Below the pieces are notes generated by a model, which saw only the letters and a list, made by a program, of their open reading frames with translations, made no database searches and was not told the DNA's origin. Of a stretch of DNA of 64,000 nt, positions 13,972 through 26,500 are shown piece by piece. The stretch comes from Lytechinus pictus. Lineage: Eukaryota. The translations under genes and the position numbers were made by a program. Numbering within the stretch: position 1 is the stretch's first letter; the number at the start of each line of letters is the position of its first letter. The DNA is taken from positions 35,094,001 to 35,158,000 of the forward strand of contig NC_087251.1 of assembly GCF_037042905.1 (NCBI RefSeq). Reading direction: 5' to 3'.

Positions 13972-16756
13972 GTAAGTTTGTAGTAGTTCTTATTTTTATA
14001 TTCTTGTAAAAAATAAGTGGTACATTGCTTCATGCAGCAAATAATTGACTCGGTCTTTGCAAACATGGTGTCACAGGACTTTGGTTTATTTAGGAAATAA
14101 ATAACATGTCATTCATTCATTCGTAGTTTGCATTAGTTCTAACTAATATGCCAACCAGATATTCCCATTTCAATTATTGCCTGTGATCATGCGCGGCGAT
14201 TTCATGAGTTTTTCGCTTCGGCGGGGGGGGGGGGGGGGGGGGGTTAAAGATTAATATATGATAATTTTCCCAACTTAAAAAAAGATTTAAATTTCATATG
14301 CTTAAACTGGCTGTTGGTCAGTGGTGAACTCTTGAATTAACGGGAAAAAACCCCAAACATTATTAAGCGCGCAAAAATGCGATGGCCTCTGAACTTCACG
14401 TTGGCTAACCTTTAATCACCACGAATGTTTTGTATAAAGCACGGACTCGGTTAGCTTTAAGATAGATTTTGTTCCTCCAAATAAGTCCTCACCACACATC
14501 TATATTTTGCCTTCTTCCGATCCAACCCGTCATTGATATGCTGTTCCAAGCAACTTCCCGATCCCGTAGGTGATCCATTTCTTAAAGACTTTAAACCCAT
14601 GAGGGACACTCTGTTCATTCTTAGGTAAATCTCCCTCGAGTTGACTAAGTCAGATGTCTCACCTGCATCAAGCAGAAATCCGCCTTCTTTTGGAAAGTTT
14701 TTACCACGATGATGGATGGACGGTTAGCACATAGAGTCAGTGGAATTTGTATTTGGTTGGGAAGAGAACTTGGTGTTTAAATCAACTCCTTGAAGTTGAA
14801 TGTCTTCGTTAGGGAATTTGTGAAATTTAGTTGTTAACTTGTTGTTGTACAATATGCATAATCATTTAAAGTATAGTAGGTTTATATGCACGGTGCTATG
14901 AGATCTTAATATTTATAGGGCGGCTCAATAATACTTGGATTGATTTTATGTCTGAGTGAGTGTGCGCGCACATATCATGTGTGAGATTTATCTTGGGTGT
15001 GGGTGAGAATGGGTGTGTGTACTTATGTGTAAATGCCAATACGTTGGATTGTTAATAGTGCATTCATTGAACACATAGTACGCACTGAATGTATTGAACA
15101 TGCCCGTCAATTGCCAATGTACAGCTGGGGGGGGGGGGGGGGCTTTGTAGAAAACGGGTGAACCGGAACAGCAGTTTCGTCCTAAGTTTCACAGCCGACG
15201 AAATATTGCACATGTGGTGTCTGTCCAGAGTTCGGGACAAAACTGCTATTCATCAATTTTCGACAAAGACTTCTTGGTAGCACTTTGTCATGAAGGGCAT
15301 TTGACAATACATTTTCTATGTTGTTGAAAGCGTTCTGTATTGTGATGTGAAATCTGCCTACTTGATCAATACGAACCTTTGGATAATCTTTAGAGTCCAA
15401 TGTCAGATGTTCGCCAAGATAAAGCTGATATTGCCGATGTGAATTGCTCCTGAGATGAATCGTAATCAATCCAATCCTAAGACCAGAAGTACTGAGTGTG
15501 TCTGTCAGATGGAAGAAATTTGCGTCTTTAATTTCATAGCGTTATCTCTAGGGCTCGCGTGCCAGACATAACCCCCTAATCTCTAGTGTCTATTTGAGAT
15601 CAAAACGTCTTGGTCTAAAATCCTGGTCTAGCTTGACCTTTTCTGGTTTAACTCTATCGTACGGTGTCCTCATCTGGGTGTTTTATGTCTTAGATGCACA
15701 TCCTTGTAGATAAGATATCGGCACTTAGTGTAGAGATACCTTTCTAAAAGATCTTACCGCTCTCTCTATTAAGAGTTTCTTCAAAGCCTTTTTTAGATGT
15801 ACAGTGTATATATATATAGAGAGAGTACTTCCATTAGGGAATACAAAAGTGTTGTCACATTTATGATTAAAATTTCATGTGAAATAAGCACCACATTTTT
15901 ATGTTTTCATGTGAAGAGAAAATGTTTTCATACAGTTGACGATATTCTTATGAAATGATTTGAATTATTTAGCAAGGCACAGAGAAAACAACAACACTGA
16001 ATTATTAATTTGTATTAGATTGAAACAATACAGGGACGACCATAATTATTTGAATAGGATGCGGGGTTTAAAAAAACTATAATTGTTCTCTTTCCCGGGG
16101 TATTCCGGCAGTTTAGTCAGATGGCCCATTGGAAAAAAGAAACGTTTGGAGATTAAACACACCTTATATTATCAAACGCAACTTGATCAAATCCAATCAC
16201 ATCCTCATCCAATCAGATAGGCTTAATAATTGGGGGTTCTGTTTAATTTTTTGAGTTGCATTTGATTGCACTTGAAGAGGCTCCTGTAGGCCTACTGATT
16301 GTTTTTTTTTTAATCTTTAAGAAAGAACTGATTAAAATATTAAAGCAATATCCGAAATGATAAAACCAAAGAGGTAAAAAAGTTTCTCAAAGGAATCATC
16401 AAATCGAGATCAAAATAAAAGTTTGAATGATTGTCATGATTGTGGATGGATGATGTTTGCGAAGGAGGCGATTCGAGTATAATCGCGTAATCGCGTTTGG
16501 ATCGAAGGCAATTTAAAAGAACCGGTGAAGATTAGAAGGAAGAGATGCCGGAGCAGGTGACGATGATATTGTTTTACAAAGTGAATCTCACCATATTCAT
16601 CATATCCATTTATGTCTGTTCCCATGCAGTTGCAGAAAGAGTTGAATTTGATCGCATCTCATAAAATCAAGCACAAGTCCTGAATAAGTGTCTTTGATTG
16701 GCACAAATTTTAGTTGCGTCTGATTTTTTTTATTTGATCGTAACTTGGGCAATTTA

Positions 16757-17037
16757 GCAATCACTTCGCAGACGCTTTCTATAACGCTGATAATCATTTG
16801 TCAGAAACCCTTCATAAGAAAGCAGCCTTTGTCGAAAATCGTTGAATCAAAACAGCAGTATCGTCCTGGGCTCTGGACAAACGACATATCTGCAATATTT
16901 TGTCCGGTCCAAATCTTAAGACGATGTGCTGTCCCGGTCAACCAACTTTCGACGATGACCTCTAATCTGTCCATTGTGATTTGACGGGCATTTTCACTAG
17001 ATTCTCAACGTTCAAAAAGCGTCTGCGAAGTGGATGC
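16757..17037. mobile_element. MITE with about 40-bp imperfect TIRs flanked by TA
   Basis: Left gcaatcacttcgcagacgctttctataacgctgataatc versus reverse complement of right end gcatccacttcgcagacgctttttgaacgttgagaatc. Confidence 0.8.
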
Positions 17038-18198
17038 TAAAATACGTTACACTCTCTTCAACGGGCTCCTGGAAAAAAGGCGATGATTTCTTAAAAAAGG
17101 TCGATGGCACGGTTTCCACCATGTTTGTTAGCATCATAATTTTTTTTAAAATATATTTTTAGCAAGAAGGCATTAGGTCTTTACCTTATACAACGCCATA
17201 TAACGACCTCCTTGCAGGCTATTTCTGTGATAATGCACAGTAAGTTGTTTGCTCATTATGAGATCAGTGTGGGTGAGGAGGGATGTTTTCGTTCCAAAGA
17301 TATTAATTTCTGGAGAAAAGGGACAATAAATGCGTGGAACATAGCGATTAGGTATATTCATCTCCTTTTCATCAAACTTAAAGTGAAGAAAATCTGCAAT
17401 AGTTTTGATATATGGTCGATTATATTATTTTGACAACTTGGATAGGGTGTACTCGGAATGGTGGTAGGCGTGGATCTATTTAGTCATCCAAAGGGGTGGA
17501 ATAAATTTAAAACTTAAGTTTTGTTTGAAAGATTACTACCGTGGGATGTACTGCTTATCTAAAATGAAATGTGGAATGTTTTCATCAGGGAATTAAAATG
17601 CAGAGAGTGCAATATAATTAAAAGAAATAAAAAACATGACTTAGATTTTTGATTAATTATTTCATGAAGTTTTGAAACTTTGATAATTCATTATGTCTAC
17701 TTTAACATGTCAAAGTTAAATAATGATGATAATAAGCTGTTTGAGAAGATTTAAAACAGAAGACAAGCATGGAAATTAAACCTGGTGCATTAAAATAGAG
17801 ATTACAGCAAGTAGTATGAGGGGAGGTGACACGAAAGGGGAAACAAACAACTGTTGCTTTCATACAAAGGGTTAATGAAAAAGGGAATAATTTTTACTTT
17901 CTTTTCTTGTAAATTTCATTAATTAGTACAGGAAGACCAGATAATTCAAACAAATTTTCAAAATGCTACCCAACTGTGATATTTAGTAGTCAGTTGCATC
18001 GAACAAACCAGTTGAGTCTTTCATTTTTAGACCTCTCCCCGCTTCCTTTCATACTCCCTCTTGCATCCACTGGGTAGCTTGTGATGTAGTTACAGTAATT
18101 ATTTACATGCATATACCTTCCAAATGGCGTAATGGAATAGAGAGTATTAGCCGGCCAATCAGTGTTTATTGTATACCAGTCACTCTAACTGTGTTCAA

Positions 18199-18323
18199 GT
18201 CTTATGCTACCGTCACACCGACGAAAGAGACTCCGAATCGATCAATGATATGCCATATGGTAATAACGTAATAACTTTGATCGGTCTGGAATCGGTTTCG
18301 CCGTTGTGACTGGGGCATAAGAC
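18199..18323. mobile_element. Short hairpin MITE (about 125 bp)
   Basis: gtcttatgctaccgtcacaccgacgaaagagactccgaatcgatcaa pairs with the reverse complement of the right arm gtcttatgccccagtcacaacggcgaaaccgattccagaccgatcaa; related fragments occur elsewhere in the window. Confidence 0.8.
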
Positions 18324-18759
18324 CTCTGTCATGATGTCCAGGGTTCAATGTTCTTGACACCATCAGCAAGGGATATCAAATGTTTGTTGTAATGGTATCC
18401 ATGTGCTTACCGTTCAAATAAAAACTGAGGCTTGTTATAGTGAGCAAATGTGTCCATACATCTCAGGCACGCTCTGTCAGTGGGATCAAGAGGTTAAATG
18501 CAGTATCTCTCGAATTGCAACTTTATTAGGACAGATATCCCTTCGAAAGTAAACTTATTGCTTCCCGGGTGTATTTCCAGAGATATAACGACATTGCACA
18601 AGCCCTACAATCGAGCACGGTGATTATTGACATTGTCAAGGTTTGGTTTCAGACGTTGAGACTCTATATGAACCTTCAAAATGGAATTAGGTATTAAAGT
18701 CCTCGTATTTCGTGGAATTATTTTTTTCACACGTGTGTGTATATCAGATATGATTACTT

Positions 18760-18885
18760 TTACATCTGGAACCGACCTTTAATGACATCAGGCGAAGACG
18801 TCACCAGAGCTCGAATCTCGAACCTCTGCACCTAGTTTAACCTTCTCCGGTAGTTTGGATTATAGGCGCACACCACAACACCTAA
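18760..18885 (-). mobile_element. Degenerate tRNA-derived SINE fragment (tentative)
   Basis: Minus strand reads ggtgttgtggtgtg... and later gaggttcgagattcgagctc, resembling box A and box B. Confidence 0.4.
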
Positions 18886-19698
18886 ATCCCCCATTCTCTC
18901 TATATATATATTGCACAAAATAATGCACAGTAAACACTAGTATATAACCCATCCGCAAAACAACAGCAACAACTTAGCAACGTGAAAAGACTCGAGGTTC
19001 AAGTGCGGCAAATACAAATAAAGAAAGCAAAATGGAGCAGTTTGTAATAATTATTGATCTGTATATTTCGCAAAGTGCCGTCACTTGTTGAAAGATAAGA
19101 ACATTCCCAGCGGGTCGACTCTAAACCATCTGTTTGACATACTGCACACTTGCAGTCTTTCCATTCATCAAGTTTGTTGTATAGAAACTAATACACATGG
19201 TTTTGGTTTCATGTTGCCCCTGATGTTCCAACAAAAGGAGCCGAACTTGGTTTTGGACGACAAAAACTGCATGATCTTCTTCCCAATGAATATCGTTTGT
19301 CTAAAATAGAGTGGCATTATTCATGTGCACTGTCTTGGCCATTGATTAGACGGACTGTTTAGTTTTGAAGAAGTTATGAATCATTATTCATCAGTGTGTA
19401 TGGATTTCCTAAACAAAATATCATTCGCTGTGGCCCCCAAAGAAAATTAAAAACAACGGACAAAAATAGAATTATTGGCATAAGATATTGATTTGTCCCT
19501 TGGCCCGTGTTTTGACTAGAGGGTCATTATGAGGGGTATGATTTACAGAATGCACATGATGTATATGTAATCCATCACATGGTTCTTTTACATGAATGGG
19601 AAAGCCGAAAGGCCTATAGTATTTAGCCGACGGAATTAATTAAGATTGTATGTCCTCTAAGGACCAACACATTTTAGTCCCTTGTTTTGTATCCTTTT

Positions 19699-20244
19699 GG
19701 TTACCATGTCTACTAGCAGCTAGTCTGTTTCTCATCGTTTACCGAACCTGGTCTATCAAATTGGTCTAATCGCCATTTTTTCCAGTCATCACTTGATCTA
19801 ACTGTCATTTAGTCTAATGGCCAAACGGTCTTATTTCTATTTCATTTACTTGTTATTTTGGACTTTGTCAAATGCGCGATAGCTCAGTCGGTAGAGCGGG
19901 GGTTTCGGGATCCCGGTGACCCGGGTTCAATTCCCACTCGGTGCGCTAGTGCCCTTTGATGAGGCATTAACCCTCATTGTCAGACCCCTCGGAAAGGACC
20001 TTAAGCCGTCGGTCCTCTCGTTGCTTGCTTACGAGCATTCATGCTTTCTTAGCAATGAGGTAAAAAAAATCACCACCATTTACCATTAACCAAATTCTGT
20101 TCTAAACCAAGTGGACATGAGACGAAATGGTACATGCGCTAAATGGCATTTAGAACAAATTGATAGTAGACGAACTTGCTGTAGACGAAGTTTAGACCAA
20201 ATTTAATGTAGACTTAGTAGGTGTAGACCAAGTGGCAATTTACC
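19699..20244. mobile_element. Degenerate foldback-type MITE with short internal subrepeats, interrupted by a SINE
   Basis: Left arm has repeated (t)ggtcta/agtcta units; right arm has the inverted tagacca/tagacga units and ends ggcaatttacc. Confidence 0.6.
19872..20077 (+). mobile_element. tRNA-derived SINE, about 200 bp
   Basis: Box A tagctcagtcggtagagc, box B ggttcaattcc; the 3' half is repeated at 42873-42965. Confidence 0.88.
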
Positions 20245-20364
20245 AGTCCCCAGACTGTTTCTCGTACAGTTTTCAGGATTCAATGAGCCAAAACATAAGT
20301 AATAACAATGACAATGACCATGATTAAACAATGATAATTTATTTCAATTCTTCTCATTTTTTAG

Positions 20365-20721
20365 CCATATGTCAGCCACCTTGCCAAAATGGAGGTCGAT
20401 GTCTCCGACCAGGCACTTGCGTTTGCCCGACCGGCTTCGCAGGAACCTACTGCCAGTATCAGGCCTATGTCCGAACAGGATCGGGTTCTTCAAGCACCCT
20501 CCATGCCAGTTCGTCGGGGTCCGTTAGACCAGGAACCGGTAGCTACAGTAGGATAACTTCGAGTACGTCGACCAGACCCGTCGCTGGAAGCAGTACTGCC
20601 ACCTTCAGCATCAGACCTGGGTCCTCTTCAAGTTCAAGGACGTATATTTCAAGAGTTAGACCAGGAACAGCCACTTCTGGATCCAGGACTTACGCTGTTA
20701 CGTATACGACGGGTGCTCGAG
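20365..20721 (+). CDS. Exon b: non-calcium-binding EGF domain (ICQPPCQNGGRCLRPGTCVCPTGFAGTYC) plus Ser/Thr/Gly/Arg-rich linker
   Basis: Acceptor ttctcattttttag, donor g|gtaaga; 357 bp, phase 1-1; six-Cys EGF spacing; lies inside track ORF 20331..20801. Confidence 0.92.
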
Positions 20722-22599
20722 GTAAGATCTTACAAGTGAGAGTAACAGGCCTACCAAAATGTCATTGTACGTTTACGGACGTATATGGATTCATTATTTG
20801 AGAAGATGTTCTTTTATCCACAATCATGAAAAATTCACCGTTGCTTAGTAAAATTTCGCTTGCGAGGCTACAAACCTTCCATTATCTGAAAAGATAAATG
20901 TGAATTTTCAAATGATCCGTTATAGCCTAGCTATAATACGTTTTTTGGTCAAGATGATTTGTAAAATGAGGCACAGACATATTGGAAGCGATCCCAACAT
21001 GTAGGAAGTATGAACACATAGATATAAATCAGCTCGTTTCTGAAATCCTAAAAGGAAAAGTGATGCATCTCATAAACGATTTTTTTTCTCTGGAGCCCAT
21101 GGAGGCCCCTGATAACATCTTCATCTTTGGAGTGTGCAATCGAGATATGAATACCAGCCTCTCGTTCCCTTGGTTTTTGGCGGGTTATTCATGACGATGT
21201 CGTCTGCTTCAAATTACAGAAGTTCATATTAAGTTGATGAACCTTCTGCTTTAACTAATCCACACGTTTTCCAATTAGATTACAATGTCCGTCGTATCAA
21301 ATTGTATATTTCCTTCTTGATTTGCCGAGTAATTTGGACAATACACAGATTACCATGGTCACAGAAATAGAGGTATCTGATAAAGATTATCTTAGATAGG
21401 ATCAAGTCAATCCGATATCCAGTGTGCAAAAAATAAATCACGAAACATATGTAGAAACACTTTGGTTTCCACGAAGTAATATTGCAAAAATAAGTTAAGA
21501 ATTCAAAGTTATTGCTGATCTTGCGAAATGCCCTTTATTAGACGATTGGGTAAAGTGTCGAATGTTATTATTTCTTTTATTATGATAAAACAGCTTTGTT
21601 TATAAAATATTTCCTCTGGTCTTGATAAACATTACAAATGTTAGACTTTGTCGTCTTTCGACGAGTATACATGTATACTGAATAAGCGACGTTATCAAAT
21701 GTTTGATGAGTTATATGATGTAAGAGAAAGTCGAACTTTACATTTAATCTAGAAGACTGGTCTTTCCAGTAAACATTCGAGGTATCAAAATGGAAATTAT
21801 ATTATATTATACGAAAAAGAACCAGACCGTTTTACTAGGAAGTTATTTGGACGTGTTTCATTATATTATGAGGTAAAAGGTCTTGCATTTGAAATCATTG
21901 ACAAATAGTTTCATTGCTTTCATCATTAGCAGTTTAAGGGCTTTTCGAAGGGCTTCAGTATCCGAACTTGAATATCGTCATTGCGATGGGTTTCATTACT
22001 TGAAATTAAATCAATTGATTAAGAATAATTTCTAATTATGAGGTTGGTAGAGGTTTCACGATGGCATGATTACAGCAAATTAAATGACTGCTTTAGGTCA
22101 AGGTTTTTGGCGCCAAACCGTGAGTACGAAAATACTCTTCTTTATTTGTTAAAGCCTAGGCCATTTTTGGGCCGAGTCAAGGATTTCAGAGGTGAAAGCA
22201 TCCGATTTGGAAGATGGTAATCTTGATCGCGCTAACTAGATGAGAGAAAGTAATTGAAGACCAGTAACCAGATGTAACCTAACAATCTGTAGACTTAAAT
22301 GTCATACTCCATTTTATGTAGCAAGAGTCGACGACCTTTTTATGGGAAAAAAGGTTTTACTGACAGTGATTTTAAAAAATGCTGCGCCATATTTTCAAAG
22401 CTAATCCTGAATTTGGTCTAGTACGAAAAAGAACCAGACCGTGTTCCTAGGAAGTTAATTGTACTTGTTTCATGCGTTATTTCATTTCTGATTCATGAAC
22501 TATGTAGATATTCCATGCACGGAACTAAATCTTCCTAAACAGTTATGCAATTTTTCTCATTACACCGCCAGATTGTTTGCCGTCAGATATGAGTGTGTC

Positions 22600-23578
22600 C
22601 AATGATATTCACACTGTGTTTACAGTTTGGAAGACAATGTGAACATAATTTATATTCACCTTCGCATGAAATTATGAAATTATCTTCACCCTGTTGAATT
22701 TGAAAATGTTAGCAGTGTGAATCATATGTTCACTTTGCGAATACACTGTGAATACACTGAGAACACACTGTGAATATACGGCGAATACACTGACCACACT
22801 GTGAATACACTGTGAATACATTGTCAACACACTGTGAATGCACTGCGAATACACTGACCACATTGTGAACACACTGTGAACACACTATGAACACGATGTG
22901 AATATACTGTCAACACACTGTGAATACATTGTGAACACACTGTGAATATACTGTGAACACTCTGCGAATACCTGACCGCACTGTGAACACATGGTGAACA
23001 CATTATGAGCACACTGTGAATACTCTTTAAATACACTGTCAACACACTGTGAATACTGTGCGAATACACTGTCCGCACTGTGAATACACTGGAAATACAT
23101 TGGCCACACTTTGAACACACTGTGAATACACTGTAGATACACTGAAGACACTGTGAATACACTGTGAATACACTGTGAACACACTGTGAACACTCTGTGA
23201 ATACACTGAAGACACTGTGAATACATTGTGAACACACTGTGAGCATACAGTGAATACATTGTGAACACACTATGAACACGCTGTGAATATGCTGTCAACA
23301 CACTGTGAATACACTGTGAACACACTGTGAATACTCTGCGAATACACTGACCGCACTGTGAATACACTGGAAATACATTGGCCACACTTTGAACACACTG
23401 TGAATACACTGTAGATACACTGAAGACACTGTGAATACACTGTGAATACACTGTGAACACACTGTGAACACTCTGTGAATACACTGAAGACACTGTGAAT
23501 ACATTGTGAACACACTGTGAGCATACAGTGAATACATTGTGAATACAATGTGAACACACTGTGTTCTTTCCTGTAGGG
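22600..23578. repeat. 10-bp-unit satellite (acactgtgaa) with about 278-bp higher-order duplication, embedded in a dispersed repeat
   Basis: acactgtgaat/acactgtgaac reiterated from about 22735 to 23562; marker ggaaatacattggccacactttg at 23091 and 23369. Confidence 0.93.
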
Positions 23579-26500
23579 ATGATAATATAATTTTCTTGAA
23601 ACGCAATTGAGAAATAAACAAAAAGTAAGAATGAATACCTAATTATTGATATTTTTCAGTTTGAAACGAAATATGGCAATCGTTAGACATGTTAGATGTG
23701 TTCTTCTATCAGATCACGTCCGGTTTCTTTCCATTTCATTCACTCTTATTCCAAACGACCAAAAGACGAGCAATTTCTCCCCCGAGAATGAAGATAGACC
23801 AGAAAATAGAGAGCAGGATATAAATGGAGTTGTCGTTGAGCACAAAAGTCATATATCACTGAGTGCTTTGGGACTTGCCAATTGATCTCGATTTCCTGCA
23901 AGGGTCATGTTTTAACATAACCTTTACATGTTAAATGTTAAAAACAATCCCGTTCTGATTTTGATTGGTTCTTTCCATGATGATGAATTGCTTCTTTATT
24001 TTAAATAAATGCAAATGGTATGCGATTCTATTTATTGTTTAATCTCATTTCCTTTCTTTCTTAAGTCATTCCTTTATTACGCGTTTTTAAAGAAATTTGA
24101 AAAGGAATAGAATATAATGCCTTGTTTTTACATGTCTTTTTCACGTTTTCCTTCATATAAGATAAGCCCTATATGTATTAACTTAAAAGACCGCCGATTG
24201 CGCTGTTTGACTTGCTTTGTCAGTAGCATTTGAATCACATCTCTTACTTTCGGATTATACAACTGCTTTATGCGTGTCCCATCCCCTTTAGGAAAAAAAA
24301 TGAATTTGCAAATTTTGAATTTCTCCCATTTACGGAATTCGAGATGCAGGACCCTATTGCATGGAACACCTCCATGCATGGAATGAACTAAACATTTATA
24401 GTATTAGACATCTCCAACAAAATACAGTCCACCTCCTGTTAGAATTATGAAATTTTAAAGTAAGATCATGAATCATATGTAGGGATAACCATAGCAATTA
24501 TATTTCCCACGCAACGTTGCAACAAATAAACCGATTGTGGAAAGATAAATGATATATGAAGTTTTCGTGCATCATTTTCTAAATTCTAGGTATGTTGATA
24601 GTTCTGTCGGTTTATGTACAGGCTATAAGACAAACTTGATACTGGGGTAAAGTTCACTTGGGAAGTCTAGCTCGGTAGTGCCTAAAAACTATCCCTTGCA
24701 AAATAAAAAAATTTTCCAATAAACACCTGAACATAAATGTTTTCAGTAAACCCGAATTGTGTATCTTCCACTGAAAGCTAGAAATCATCAATTGAATGAT
24801 ATCAAGAATCCCGATCTGGAATCATCTAACCTTCTTTCCAGGAAAGAGCGTCGTTCTACTACTATGATATCATTGTTATGGCACCCTTGATTCATAAACA
24901 TAAGGATCAGGACACCAAGGAAGAATTGGGCCGTGTTTCATGGAAAGATATATTCAATGGTTAATTCAATTTTTTGTTTTGAACACAAACAAAGTGGTAA
25001 AATCTGACTGGCTCGGAGGCTTTCTTCTACGTGAATATCTTAGATCGCGTTTCTTATCATTGATGTATTTTATGAACCAGGCGCCTGTATTTTCCGTATA
25101 TAAGGGTTGTTAACCGACTTAGCCACTCCATGTTCGGAAATGGTTGGTTTTACTTTAATTCCACCAATATTCCGGTTCTACATCGGTAATTTAAGTCACA
25201 TTATTATAAGCATAGTTTCACGATTCTTCCCCTGTTACAGGCACCGAATCTGTCAATTTTCCGCCACCTGTTTGGCAGAGAGGTCGTTGTTCCGTCTGAC
25301 ACCAAGATCCCTTTTTTTTCTTGGTTTTGCTCTCCTTTTCTATAACCCTGATACCCCAATATCATTTTCTATTTGGAACCAAGTTCAAGATGGGTTGAAG
25401 AGGACGTTGTGAAGTTTCAACTTTTATTGAAGTGTAATTGATTGCCTCCGAGGAGGATGAAAGCCAACCATAATATTGAGTGTGGCATGTCTGTTGGTGT
25501 TGAGGTTTTCCTAGACAATATTTCCTGAAGCATGTAGAATCCTATCGAAACAGAAATATTTGAAAAAGGATGAAATTGGGCTTTAAAATCGAGAGAATTT
25601 GTTGATAAGACCCTCTAACTGTTTTCAGGATTTACCTGTCTTTGACTGAATTGAGAAAGCTCTTGATTTCTAGTAAATAAAAAAGTCACCCTTTTCACGA
25701 AACCATGCGCTTGAAAGAGTTCTGTCTGGAAGCAGGAGTTTGAAATCACGTAAAACACAAAGATATTTAATCTTGCTCATCTTGCTCATCTTGCAAATTT
25801 TAGATTTGCTAGGGCAGGTCACGTTTTTAAAGACGCCTTCCTTTTTAAAGTAGATATATCGAATTCAAGATTGGTGATGTGAACCCTTTTCACTTCCGTA
25901 ACTGCACACCATCTTTGCTTCTTCCTTGACTTAACGTAGGGTAAGTCATCTCATCGTTATCTTCATCTTTTATGACATAAAGAGTTTATTGTTTGTGAAA
26001 TTACACTCATTGGTGCAAAACGGATATTGACATCAAAGCGGCTTCAAGACAAATGATGGCAGATGGCGTGGTTAAAATATATAATTCTTAGGTTTCCTGT
26101 ATCTCATGTTCAACATGGGATTAAAAACGTAAGACAAACCAGAATGAAACAACTTTTATCTGTTATTATCAAGCACTTGATAATAATGAAGGCCACCATT
26201 TCTTTGAACACATAAACTGATTGTTAGTACCTCACTGTTAAACTAGGGCTTTTTCATATACATAACAAGATCCCATTGAAAGGTTTATCCATCTAAATTG
26301 GTTTACGTAGATATTCATTTTCGTTCATTCATATCTCTCAATGAATTTAGGGCCTACCAAATAATAATTGTGTACATTCTATATTTTGATCAGTTTTGAC
26401 GTACGTCGGTAAGACAAAATTGGTAATTTCTTTCCACCAAAGGTATTATTGTGTTGCTAAAGTAGCTATGGATAAAATATTTCACTTCATTCTTATTGTG

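Noticed and set aside
19872..19945. Possible tRNA gene (also at 10048 and 40747)
   Set aside because: No complete cloverleaf or terminator evident; each continues into a SINE body and tail.
22672..23621. Several overlapping Cys/Val/Ser-rich minus-strand ORFs
   Set aside because: Translations of the 10-bp satellite in multiple frames.
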